Of a stretch of DNA of 64,000 nucleotides, positions 46,863 through 55,442 are shown in pieces. The DNA is from Bacteroidales bacterium (GTDB lineage: Bacteria; Bacteroidota; Bacteroidia; Bacteroidales; UBA932): NCBI GenBank assembly GCA_029098505.1, contig JAQXOE010000006.1, forward strand, positions 13,979-77,978, in the 5' to 3' direction. How positions within the stretch are numbered: the stretch's first letter is position 1; each line of letters begins with the position of its first letter. The notes below the pieces were generated by a model, which worked only from the letters and a program-made list of their open reading frames with translations, ran no database searches and was not told the DNA's origin. The translations under genes and the position numbers were made by a program.

Positions 46863-48194
46863 TTATTTGTTTCTTTCCAACTTAAATTCAACATAGAGGG
46901 ACATACCGCATTTCACCTTTTTGCCCCTATCCCTGGCCGGTTTCCAGTCTGGAGAAGCGCTGACTACCTTCACAGCCTCGTCATCCAAAAGCGGATGAAC
47001 GCCCTTCAGTACCCTGACATCACGAACCTTACCCTTCTCATCAACAACGAAATCTACCAGAACCCGTCCCTGAATTCCCTGACGGACAGCCTCTTTCGGG
47101 TATTTCAAATAAGCATATACCCACTTTTCGAGGAAAACTTTAGGGTCAGTGCTTCCGAGGAAACTCGGTTTATAGTCACAATCATAGTATGCCACCACTT
47201 CGCTGTCAGCCGCTGATCCGGCCTTGGCCATGGAGTCCTGACTGAACTCCGGAGCCTGTCCATTGACCAGATTGACACTGAAATTATAGATATACTCCAA
47301 CTCCCTCTCCATATAATCGTATTGCAATATGGACGGGGTATCCCTGTCAGTCCCGTACTCAGGATATGCTCCGCTGGTGAAGAGAACGGATGGAATCTCG
47401 GAAGCATAGAACATACGGTGATCCGAAGGAAAGGGTTCTGAAGCCGTCAGCTGAGGATGAAGCGGCTGCAGGCTATTGCCCATCTCCTTAAGGATATAGT
47501 TCAGGTCTGCATTGGATGAGGTATATGCATAGAAGCCCTGCTGGCCGCAACCGAGTATGTCGAGGTTGATCATTGCATCTATCCTGTCTGCATTCTTGAA
47601 TGACCTGTTCAGGAAATACCAGGAACCCACATACGACTCCTGGGAAGCTCCGAAGGCAACAAAAATCACCGAGCGCTTGAGCAGTACCGAATTGGTTTTC
47701 AGTTTCTTGGCGAGTTCGAGCAGCATTGCCAATCCCGAGGCATTGCCATTGGCACCGTAATAGATTCTCGTAACAGTCTGGCCATCGACATTGACCTTGC
47801 GCATCCCGATATTGTCCAATCTGGCTCCGACGACGATGTAGCGGTCCCTGAGGTTCCTGTCGTAGCCCTCAATCATTCCGATTACATTGCGGGATGTCAG
47901 GGTGTCACCGTTTTCCTGCTTGATGCCAAAGAGATCTCCTTCCTCACCAGTCAGCAGGTCAATACCGTAAGAATCAAGTATTTCGCGCACGTAATCCGCC
48001 GCTTCGCGTTCACCTTCCGAGCCTGCTGCACGGCCTTCGAGAGCCGCAGAAGCCAGAAAGGAGACGTGCCTCTTCAGAGCCGCCACTTCCTCGGAATCAC
48101 CGAGATCGTGATAGCCCGGATTCTTGAACTGCGCCATCGCCATAAGCGGAAGTAGCAGCAAAGCCGTAATTGTTGCAAGCGTCTTCTTCATCAT
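46863..48194 (-). CDS. secreted M28-peptidase-like domain (degenerate metal ligands) fused to a TonB C-terminal domain
   Basis: After a signal peptide comes the M28 scaffold NVIGMIEG..YIVVGARLDNIG..YYGANGNASGLAMLLELAKKL..VAFGASQESYVGSW..MINLDILG..PSDHRMF. The C-terminal YPKEAVRQGIQGRVLVDFVVDEKGKVRDVRVLKGVHPLLDDEAVKVV is a TonB_C-type fold. Confidence 0.6.
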   Translation of the reverse strand: MMKKTLATITALLLLPLMAMAQFKNPGYHDLGDSEEVAALKRHVSFLASAALEGRAAGSEGEREAADYVREILDSYGIDLLTGEEGDLFGIKQENGDTLTSRNVIGMIEGYDRNLRDRYIVVGARLDNIGMRKVNVDGQTVTRIYYGANGNASGLAMLLELAKKLKTNSVLLKRSVIFVAFGASQESYVGSWYFLNRSFKNADRIDAMINLDILGCGQQGFYAYTSSNADLNYILKEMGNSLQPLHPQLTASEPFPSDHRMFYASEIPSVLFTSGAYPEYGTDRDTPSILQYDYMERELEYIYNFSVNLVNGQAPEFSQDSMAKAGSAADSEVVAYYDCDYKPSFLGSTDPKVFLEKWVYAYLKYPKEAVRQGIQGRVLVDFVVDEKGKVRDVRVLKGVHPLLDDEAVKVVSASPDWKPARDRGKKVKCGMSLYVEFKLERNK

Positions 48195-48197
48195 AGC

Positions 48198-48716
48198 CTA
48201 TTCCTTTACCAGAATCCATACATCCTTGGGGCAGAAGGACTCAGTCTTGATTTTGTTGAAAGAAGCTAATATCTCGCGCACGTCGTCCGTCCCAGCGACC
48301 GCCACTGCCTTGAGGCCTCCTCTAAATGACAATAGTTCAGCGGAATATCCTGCTTCTTCGGCCCTGGAAGCCGATTTGGCAGCATTCGCCTCATCCTTGA
48401 ATGCTCCGATGACTATTGCATAAGCATTCTTGAGTTCCTCAGGCTTGATCTTAAGGGAGCTTGCTGTACGCAGGATATTCTCAGGTAAGGCCATAAGTGA
48501 ATCCAAAGCCGCCTTTTTCTCAGCTTCCACCCTTTGAAGCTCCTTGAGCGAATCTGCCTGGGCCTGGGCCTGCTTCTGTTCTTCAACCAGTTCAACACGC
48601 ATCACTTCAATATCCCGGGAACTAGGACGTCCTGCCAATGAGCGAAGCATGTCGCAGCCTCCAAAAATGAAGGAAATCAGGACTAACGAACTGAAAACAA
48701 GATATTTGCTTTTCAT
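48198..48716 (-). CDS. SPOR-domain lipoprotein
   Basis: The lipobox is SFIFGGC. A coiled-coil is followed by the C-terminal YAIVIGAFKDEANAAKSASRAEEAGYSAELLSFRGGLKAVAV (SPOR-like). Confidence 0.6.
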   Translation of the reverse strand: MKSKYLVFSSLVLISFIFGGCDMLRSLAGRPSSRDIEVMRVELVEEQKQAQAQADSLKELQRVEAEKKAALDSLMALPENILRTASSLKIKPEELKNAYAIVIGAFKDEANAAKSASRAEEAGYSAELLSFRGGLKAVAVAGTDDVREILASFNKIKTESFCPKDVWILVKE

Positions 48717-48739
48717 AATAATATCAAACCTATAAGATG

Positions 48740-48747
48740 CAAATTTA
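48740..48747 (-). promoter_or_regulatory. -7 box (TAAATTTG) for the SPOR / M28-TonB / leuS operon
   Basis: The plus-strand sequence caaattta lies 23 nt upstream of the ATG at 48716. Confidence 0.4.
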
Positions 48748-48777
48748 ACTATTATTACTTGGCCGACAAAAAAAATG

Positions 48778-48785
48778 TATATTTG
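48778..48785 (+). promoter_or_regulatory. -7 box (TATATTTG) for capA-like / phoH
   Basis: The TAnnTTTG match lies 6 nt before the ATG at 48792. Confidence 0.35.
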
Positions 48786-48791
48786 CATTGT

Positions 48792-49925
48792 ATGGACAGA
48801 AAAGGCAAAGGAAAAAGGTTCTGCATCACCCTGACAGTACTGCTGGCGACAGGGGCGCTATCCTTTGCCCAGTTCGAAAAGCCCATCCCCAAAGCAGTAT
48901 CATTATTGCCCGTAAAAGACACAGTGACAGTCACTTTCCTTGGGGATATGATGATGCATTCGAAGCAATTGGAATACGATTGCAGCAGCTTCATCAAGGA
49001 ATTGGGCTCCATCACTGCAGACGCTGACATCAGCATTGCTAATCTCGAATTCACGCTTGCGGGCGAGCCTTACAGCGGCTATCCCGCCTTCTCAGCTCCC
49101 GACAGCTATGCCGAAGACCTTGCCTCGAAGGGCGTGGACATCTTCCTGACCGCGAACAATCACATTCTGGACAAGGGCAGCAGAGGATTGAGACGCACCC
49201 TTTCCGTCTATGACAGGATGCGCGACAGCCTCGGGATACGCTACACCGGCAGCGCCGCTGACGAGGAGAGCTACAGGAACACGAACCCGCTGATGATAGT
49301 CTGCAAGGGGATGCGCTTTGCGCTGATAAACTTCACCTATGGAACGAATTCCCCTCGCGAGAGTTCATTTCTCCGCGTCAGCCGGATGGAGAAGGAGAAT
49401 GTCGGGGCAATGGTCGAAAGTGCGAAGAACCGTGGCGCGGACTTCATCATTGCCCTGCCTCATTGGGGCAATGAATATCAGCTGAGGCACTCCAAGAGTC
49501 AGGAGGATTGGGCACAATGGCTTGTCTCACAAGGAGTTGACCTCATCGTTGGCACCCACCCCCACGTCGTACAGGACAGCACCCACATCGAAGGCGTGCC
49601 CGTTATCTATTCCCTTGGCAATGCGGTTTCGAATATGAGTGCCATCAATACGAGATTGGAGCTTGCGGTGAGAGCGAGCTTTGTACGCGACGATAGCGGG
49701 GCCCTTGAAATGCTGGAGCCCGAACTGGACTTCCTCTGGTGCACCCTGCCCGGGAGACTTACGGACAATTATTGCACTATAAGGGTGAAGGACTATGTGG
49801 GACGCCGCGACGAATGGATACAAAAAGACGATTATGACAATATGCTTTCCACCCTTGCGAGGGTCAAGGAAGCGACTGGCATAGGAAAACAGAAAGCCGC
49901 AGGCATTGAAAGAAAGGAAGAATAA
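48792..49925 (+). CDS. CapA-family (PGA_cap) metallophosphatase-fold protein
   Basis: VTVTFLGDMMMH, DISIANLEFTL, DIFLTANNHILDKG, ALPHWGNEY and GTHPHVVQ identify the family. Confidence 0.72.
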   Translation: MDRKGKGKRFCITLTVLLATGALSFAQFEKPIPKAVSLLPVKDTVTVTFLGDMMMHSKQLEYDCSSFIKELGSITADADISIANLEFTLAGEPYSGYPAFSAPDSYAEDLASKGVDIFLTANNHILDKGSRGLRRTLSVYDRMRDSLGIRYTGSAADEESYRNTNPLMIVCKGMRFALINFTYGTNSPRESSFLRVSRMEKENVGAMVESAKNRGADFIIALPHWGNEYQLRHSKSQEDWAQWLVSQGVDLIVGTHPHVVQDSTHIEGVPVIYSLGNAVSNMSAINTRLELAVRASFVRDDSGALEMLEPELDFLWCTLPGRLTDNYCTIRVKDYVGRRDEWIQKDDYDNMLSTLARVKEATGIGKQKAAGIERKEE

Positions 49926-50873
49926 ATGAAGAAAAGCATCAAACTTGAAGCGATTGACCCCATCGAAATCTACGGGGCAGGAAACAGAATACTCGAAGAG
50001 TTCTGCAGCTATTATCCGAATCTGAAAGTGATAGCCAGAGGAGACGAAATCATACTTGACGGCAAGGAGACGCAGATCGAAGACTTCGAGATGAAGTTCA
50101 ATGAACTGATACAGAGGCGCCACCAGAAAATGAGCCTCACAGTCTATGACGTAGAGAGCATCTTCGATGGAGAGAATTCGCCTGAAAAGTTCAAGCTCTG
50201 CGGAGATGCAGTGATAGTCCACAGCACAGACGGCAAGGCAATACGAGCGAGGAACAACACTCAGCAGGAGATGGTCAAAGCCTATTTTGACAATGATCTC
50301 ATCTTCGCCCTCGGCCCGGCAGGAACAGGCAAGACCTACATAGCTATTGCATTGGCAGTCAGAGCATTGAAGAACAGGGAAATCAAACGTATCATACTCA
50401 CACGACCAGCTGTAGAAGCAGGTGAAAGGCTGGGCTTCCTGCCGGGAGACTTGAAGGATAAGCTCGACCCTTATCTCCAACCTCTTTATGACGCCCTCGG
50501 GGATATGATTCCATCCCGGAAGCTTCAGGAGTTTATGAGTGACGGTACGATTCAGATAGCGCCACTCGCCTATATGAGGGGAAGGACACTCGACCGTGCG
50601 TGCGTGATTCTTGATGAGGCCCAGAACACCAATCTGGGGCAATTGAAGATGTTCCTGACGCGAATGGGATGCAATGCCAAGTTCATTGTGACAGGTGACG
50701 CAAGCCAGGTCGACCTTCCAAACAAGAGTGACAGCGGACTGCTCAAAGGTATTGAACTGGTAAAAGACATAAAGGGAATCAGTGTAATCCGCTTCGGCAA
50801 TGACGATATCGTGCGCCATCCTCTCGTGAACAAAATTGTCAAGGCATTCGGCAAGTTTGACGGAGAGCAATAA
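49926..50873 (+). CDS. phoH: PhoH-family ATPase
   Basis: ALGPAGTGKTYIAIALAV is Walker A, followed by RIILTRPAVEAGERLGFLPGD and VILDEAQNT. Confidence 0.9.
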   Translation: MKKSIKLEAIDPIEIYGAGNRILEEFCSYYPNLKVIARGDEIILDGKETQIEDFEMKFNELIQRRHQKMSLTVYDVESIFDGENSPEKFKLCGDAVIVHSTDGKAIRARNNTQQEMVKAYFDNDLIFALGPAGTGKTYIAIALAVRALKNREIKRIILTRPAVEAGERLGFLPGDLKDKLDPYLQPLYDALGDMIPSRKLQEFMSDGTIQIAPLAYMRGRTLDRACVILDEAQNTNLGQLKMFLTRMGCNAKFIVTGDASQVDLPNKSDSGLLKGIELVKDIKGISVIRFGNDDIVRHPLVNKIVKAFGKFDGEQ

Positions 50874-50877
50874 AGCT

Positions 50878-51040
50878 GGACGTGGAGGCGGCCGCGCCTT
50901 CTTCGGTTTCAGTGCCTTCTTCGGCGGCCGCGCCGTGGGGGATAACTCATTATGTGTCAATAACTTACACATTTGTCTATAGGAAAAATTTCCCATAGAC
51001 AATCTTTTAATTTACTGAGTGTCAGGCATTTATCCCCCAC
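50878..51040 (+). repeat. hairpin-forming intergenic repeat, copy 3 (106-nt core 50935-51040 preceded by a GC-rich duplicated leader)
   Basis: The core runs from GTGGGGGATAACTC to GGCATTTATCCCCCAC, with apex TTGTCTATAGGAAAAATTTCCCATAGACAA followed by TCTTTTAATTT. The leader contains GGCGGCCGCGCC and GCCTTCTTCGG, each twice. Confidence 0.85.
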
Positions 51041-51228
51041 GAGAAGAAGCAGCTTTGGAAGCCAACACTGCATATCTGGAAGTATTAAGCTCACTACAAC
51101 TTCCTCGGAGACTTCCTGGGACTCCACATCAATGGTGAGCCGCTTATTGCGAGCCTGTGGTGCCTGACCAACTAAGTTAGCCTTAGGGTTGATTGTCATT
51201 TCCTGTCTGCCCCGAAAAGTAACAAGCG

Positions 51229-51262
51229 AAAAAAGGCGACCGATAAAATTATCAGCCGCCTT
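51229..51262 (-). terminator. rho-independent terminator after the TPR gene / gyrA operon
   Basis: On the minus strand the stem AAGGCG / CGCCTT (51233-51238 / 51257-51262), with an extended imperfect stem, is followed by TTTTTTCGC. Confidence 0.7.
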
Positions 51263-51310
51263 CTCGATTTCCGGAGCAATAGCACTCCGTAAATAATCCG
51301 TCAATCAGGA

Positions 51311-52624
51311 CTACTCACCTGCAACAATCTTTGAATACTTCTCGTAGCCTTCCATATACTTAGGATCCTCGTCACGGAAGCGATAGTAAGCGTTCTTGAG
51401 GAAATCTGCTACGCTGAGCTTGGTCTCATTGTCCTTGGTAATAGCATAAGCCTTCTCGAACTGAGGGATACTGTTCTTAAGAGCAGTCTCGAACTCTGCA
51501 ACAAGAGCCATATACTTATTGTCATCGTACTCCTGAGATGCCTTCTCCTGGATCTCAACAGCCTGGTTGTAATAAAGAATACCAGCTCCGATGAAACCGA
51601 ACTCATACTCAGGGTTGATCTCCGCGCACTTCTCGTATGCAGCTACAGCCTTCTCAACGTCGCCGAGCTCCTTGTAAACATTACCCTCAACATAGTAAAG
51701 AGAAGCATTGTTAGGCTCGTTCTTCTTTGCATTGTCGATGAGAGTGAAGAGACGGTCTGTGTCGCTGTTGGTTGAAACATAGTAGTTGATAAGGCCGATG
51801 AGGATGCCCTGGCTTGAAGGGTAAGCAGTGAAACCCTGCTCGAGGATGTTCTTTGCACCTTCCTTGTCACCGAGCTTGTCGTAAGCATCAGCAAGTTTTG
51901 CGTAAACGTCACCGTCCTCACCTGAGTAGTTCATAGCGATGCACTTCTCGTACATTGCCTTGGCTCTCTCATAGTTGCCTGCATTTGAAGCTGTAAAGCC
52001 TGCGTTGTAGATAGCCTCACCGTCCTCCTTGCTGAGAGGTGCGGTAGCGGCAGCCTTTGCACAAGCCTCGAACTTCTCGCTGGCCTTGGCCATATCACCG
52101 AGAGTGTAAGCATAGAAAGCCTCCTCGTTGTACTTGTCTGAAACGGTCTGGATGCCCTTGATGATATCTGCGGTCTTTGAACCCTTGGTATCAACCTCAG
52201 CAGCCTTTACATATGCAGCAAGGGCAAGCTCGAGAGCATTCTCGAAAATAGGCTTTGTAACGTCAATAACTGTAAGGCGTCCATCAGCGAAATAGTAGTC
52301 AGCGTTAGCGTAAGAGGTCTTGGTCATCTCCTTACCGTTGACAACAACAGTCTCCTCAGATACAGGTCTTGCGTTCTTCATAACGAGTGCAAGCTCCTGA
52401 CTTGTAGCTCCTGCCCAGCCGCTTCCTGCAGGAGCAGCATAAGCATCCATGTACTTGCTGGCAAGGGTAAGCCAAGTAGCCACCTTGGTAGCCTTCTTAG
52501 CATTGTCAGCAGCAGCCTGAGCAGCCTCAACTGCAGCCTTTGCTGCTGCAATGTCCTTAGCCTGCTGAGCATTGGCAATAGTCATTGATGACACGAGGGC
52601 CATCACCAAAAGAATTCTTTTCAT
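51311..52624 (-). CDS. secreted tetratricopeptide-repeat (TPR) protein
   Basis: After a signal peptide come an Ala-rich region and repeated TPR-like units (YERAKAMYEKCIAMN, GDVEKAVAAYEKCAEINPE). It is co-oriented 29 nt downstream of gyrA. Confidence 0.6.
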   Translation of the reverse strand: MKRILLVMALVSSMTIANAQQAKDIAAAKAAVEAAQAAADNAKKATKVATWLTLASKYMDAYAAPAGSGWAGATSQELALVMKNARPVSEETVVVNGKEMTKTSYANADYYFADGRLTVIDVTKPIFENALELALAAYVKAAEVDTKGSKTADIIKGIQTVSDKYNEEAFYAYTLGDMAKASEKFEACAKAAATAPLSKEDGEAIYNAGFTASNAGNYERAKAMYEKCIAMNYSGEDGDVYAKLADAYDKLGDKEGAKNILEQGFTAYPSSQGILIGLINYYVSTNSDTDRLFTLIDNAKKNEPNNASLYYVEGNVYKELGDVEKAVAAYEKCAEINPEYEFGFIGAGILYYNQAVEIQEKASQEYDDNKYMALVAEFETALKNSIPQFEKAYAITKDNETKLSVADFLKNAYYRFRDEDPKYMEGYEKYSKIVAGE

Positions 52625-52653
52625 AGAGAGAATTGTTTATTAAATGTTAATGT

Positions 52654-55176
52654 TCATTCTTCCGAATCCGAAGCAGTCGTTTCCTCCACTTCAGCTTTTG
52701 CTACAACAGAGACAGCTGCGATAGAATCGTTTCCTCTGAGGTTAATGAGTTTCACACCCTGTGTGGCTCTTCCTGCCACCCTGATGTCACTTACCGCCAT
52801 ACGTATGGTCATACCCGAGCGGTTGATTATCATAAGGTCATTTTCTTCAGTTACGGCCTTCATCGCAACAAGTGGGCCTGTTTTTTCGGTGATGTCTATG
52901 GTACGCACACCCTTGGCGCCTCTGCTTGTCACTCTATAGTCTTCTACTACCGACCTCTTTCCATAACCATTTTCACTGACTACCAGTACATTAGGCTTCT
53001 CAGAATCAGGAATTGAAGGATCAACGGAAATCATTCCAACCACTTCGTCGTCCTCTTCAATATTTATGCCTTTCACTCCGGAAGCACCTCTGCCCTGATC
53101 CCTGACATCGTGTTCGTCGAAGCGGACGGCCCTGCCATTGCGTGCGGCAATCATAATTTCGTGGTTGCCATTGGTGAGTATTGCCTCGAGCAGTTCATCA
53201 CCTTCGCGGACAGTTATGGCAATGATTCCCTTACCGCGGCTGCGCTTGTTCGAATAAGCCTCGAGTGTAGTTTTCTTGATTATTCCCCTCTTGGTTACGA
53301 GGGTCACGAAATTGTTCTGTACATACTCTGGGTCCTCGATGGACTTGGCAGCCACATAGGCCCTGATGCTGTCGTCTGAATCAATGGTAAGGAGATTCTG
53401 GATGGCGCGCCCCTTTGAATTTCGGGTTCCCTCCGGAAGCTCATAAACTTTGATACGGTAGCACAGACCCTTCTGGGTGAAGAGAAGCAGGGTGCTGTGC
53501 ATATTTGTCACATATATGTGTTCAATAAAATCTTCGTCTCTGGTGGCGCTGGCCTTCATTCCCACGCCGCCCCTGTTCTGGGCGCGGAACTCAGAAAGGA
53601 GGGTGCGCTTGATATAGCCGCAGTGAGAGATGGTGATGACCACATCCTCATCGGCATAGAAATCTTCAGGATTGAATTCGTCAGCAGAGAGAGTAATCTC
53701 TGTACGGCGCTCATCGCCGAATTTCTGCTTGAGCTCCATCGACTCCTGCTTGACAATCTTGAGCTGTTCCTCATCGCTTGAAAGTATGGTCAGGCAACGC
53801 TCAATGAACGATTCGAGCTCATCATACTCTGCCTGAAGCTTCTCCTTCTCGAGTCCTGTGAGCTGCCTTACTCGCATCTCAAGTATAGCGGCAGCCTGAA
53901 CGTCATCGAAGCCGAAGGCCTCCATCAAACGGGTCTTGGCCACCTCGGTATTGGCTGAGCTCTTGATTATTTCGATGATTTCGTCAATCAAATCGATGGC
54001 CTTGATGAGGGCCTCGAGTATATGGGCGCGCTTCTGGGCCTTGTCCAGTTCAAATTTGGTGCGGCGAACGACCACCTCATGCCTGAAGTCCACGAAGTAC
54101 TTGATAATCTCCTTAAGGGAGAGGGTACGCGGACGACCATTGACAAGGGCGACATTGTTGATCGCGAAGCTTGACTGGAGCGGAGTGTACTTGAAGAGGG
54201 TGTTCAGCACGACATTGGCATTGGCATCCTTCTTGAGATCGAAGACTATCCTGATACCCTCGCGGTTGGTGAGTTCCTTGATATCCGCGATGCCATCTAT
54301 CTTCTTGTCCTCCACCATCTCGCCGATTTTCTTGATCATCTCGCTCTTGTTGACCATATACGGCACTTCAGTTACGACAATGCAGTCGCGGCCCCTGTCG
54401 TTCTCCTCGATTTCGGTCTTTGCGCGGACTACGACCTTGCCGCGGCCGGTGGTGTATGCGTCAATGATGCCCTGACGGCCCTGGATGATACCTCCGGTCG
54501 GGAAATCAGGTCCCTTGATATACTCCATCAGGCCCTCAACGGTAATGTCAGGATTGTCAATGTAAGCGCAGATGGCGTCACAGCACTCGGAGAGGTTGTG
54601 AGGGGCCATATTGGTAGCCATTCCGACGGCAATGCCGGAAGAGCCGTTGAGCAGGAGAAGCGGCACCTTCGTAGGGAGCACGGTAGGCTCGGGAATGGTG
54701 TCATCGAAGTTCAACTGGAAATCAACGGTATCCTTGTCGAGGTCGCCAAGAACGTCCTCGGTGATTTTCTGAAGCTTGGCCTCTGTGTATCGCATAGCTG
54801 CCACAGGGTCGCCGTCCATCGAACCGAAGTTACCCTGGCCGAAAACGAGAGGATATCTCTGGTTCCAGTCCTGGGCAAGACGGGCGAGGGCATCATATAC
54901 GCTGGAGTCGCCATGCGGGTGGAACTTACCCAATACGTCTCCCACAATTCTCGCAGATTTCTTGGTTTGTCCGGAGTAGCTCAGTCCGAGACCGTCCATT
55001 CCGAAGAGAACTCGTCTCTGAACGGGCTTGAGTCCGTCACGGACATCCGGAAGCGCACGGGATACGATGACCGACATCGAATAATCGATATATGCGGTCC
55101 TCATCTCGTGGTCGATTTCCACCGGTTCTATTATGCCAAGAAACTGTTCGTTATTATTATTCAATTCTTCTGCCAT
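52654..55176 (-). CDS. gyrA: DNA gyrase subunit A
   Basis: [45 protein letters not shown] (active-site Tyr) and the C-terminal beta-pinwheel repeats identify GyrA. Confidence 0.97.
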   Translation of the reverse strand: MAEELNNNNEQFLGIIEPVEIDHEMRTAYIDYSMSVIVSRALPDVRDGLKPVQRRVLFGMDGLGLSYSGQTKKSARIVGDVLGKFHPHGDSSVYDALARLAQDWNQRYPLVFGQGNFGSMDGDPVAAMRYTEAKLQKITEDVLGDLDKDTVDFQLNFDDTIPEPTVLPTKVPLLLLNGSSGIAVGMATNMAPHNLSECCDAICAYIDNPDITVEGLMEYIKGPDFPTGGIIQGRQGIIDAYTTGRGKVVVRAKTEIEENDRGRDCIVVTEVPYMVNKSEMIKKIGEMVEDKKIDGIADIKELTNREGIRIVFDLKKDANANVVLNTLFKYTPLQSSFAINNVALVNGRPRTLSLKEIIKYFVDFRHEVVVRRTKFELDKAQKRAHILEALIKAIDLIDEIIEIIKSSANTEVAKTRLMEAFGFDDVQAAAILEMRVRQLTGLEKEKLQAEYDELESFIERCLTILSSDEEQLKIVKQESMELKQKFGDERRTEITLSADEFNPEDFYADEDVVITISHCGYIKRTLLSEFRAQNRGGVGMKASATRDEDFIEHIYVTNMHSTLLLFTQKGLCYRIKVYELPEGTRNSKGRAIQNLLTIDSDDSIRAYVAAKSIEDPEYVQNNFVTLVTKRGIIKKTTLEAYSNKRSRGKGIIAITVREGDELLEAILTNGNHEIMIAARNGRAVRFDEHDVRDQGRGASGVKGINIEEDDEVVGMISVDPSIPDSEKPNVLVVSENGYGKRSVVEDYRVTSRGAKGVRTIDITEKTGPLVAMKAVTEENDLMIINRSGMTIRMAVSDIRVAGRATQGVKLINLRGNDSIAAVSVVAKAEVEETTASDSEE

Positions 55177-55345
55177 AAGTGTGTATCAGCTAACATTAGT
55201 TTCATTTTTGCAGATAGCTTACCTGCTGATTATCAAACGATTGCCTCATAGTCCAAGTATCAGGGTGCCATTTTTTCCTCATAACTGGCCACAATTCCGG
55301 GCCAAATAAACCAGAATCTATGATTTACGGCATCTTATAAACACG

Positions 55346-55353
55346 CAAATTTA
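55346..55353 (-). promoter_or_regulatory. -7 box (TAAATTTG) candidate for gyrA
   Basis: The plus-strand sequence is caaattta. It implies a leader of about 165 nt. Confidence 0.3.
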
Positions 55354-55374
55354 ACAAAATTCTTTGAAAATTCT

Positions 55375-55382
55375 TACTTTTG
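55375..55382 (+). promoter_or_regulatory. -7 box (TACTTTTG) for clpC-like gene
   Basis: The TAnnTTTG match lies 60 nt upstream of the ATG at 55443. Confidence 0.45.
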
Positions 55383-55442
55383 CAGGTACAAACTTCGAGC
55401 TTGCCATCATCTAAAAAAAAGCAGCTCCCATACTCTTCCATT

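Noticed and set aside
49527-51002. A 491-aa minus-strand ORF spans the capA-like 3' end, all of phoH and repeat copy 3.
   Set aside because: It is an antisense shadow of two genes with clear family motifs. The translation is low-complexity and motif-free, and its start lies inside the palindromic repeat.
50957-51304. A 115-aa minus-strand ORF lies immediately downstream of the TPR gene, and an analogous 61-aa ORF lies at 6742-6927 downstream of the esterase gene.
   Set aside because: Both contain the rho-independent terminator of the upstream gene within their coding frame and run into the repeat element. Their weak mutual similarity is explained by the nucleotide homology of the spacers.
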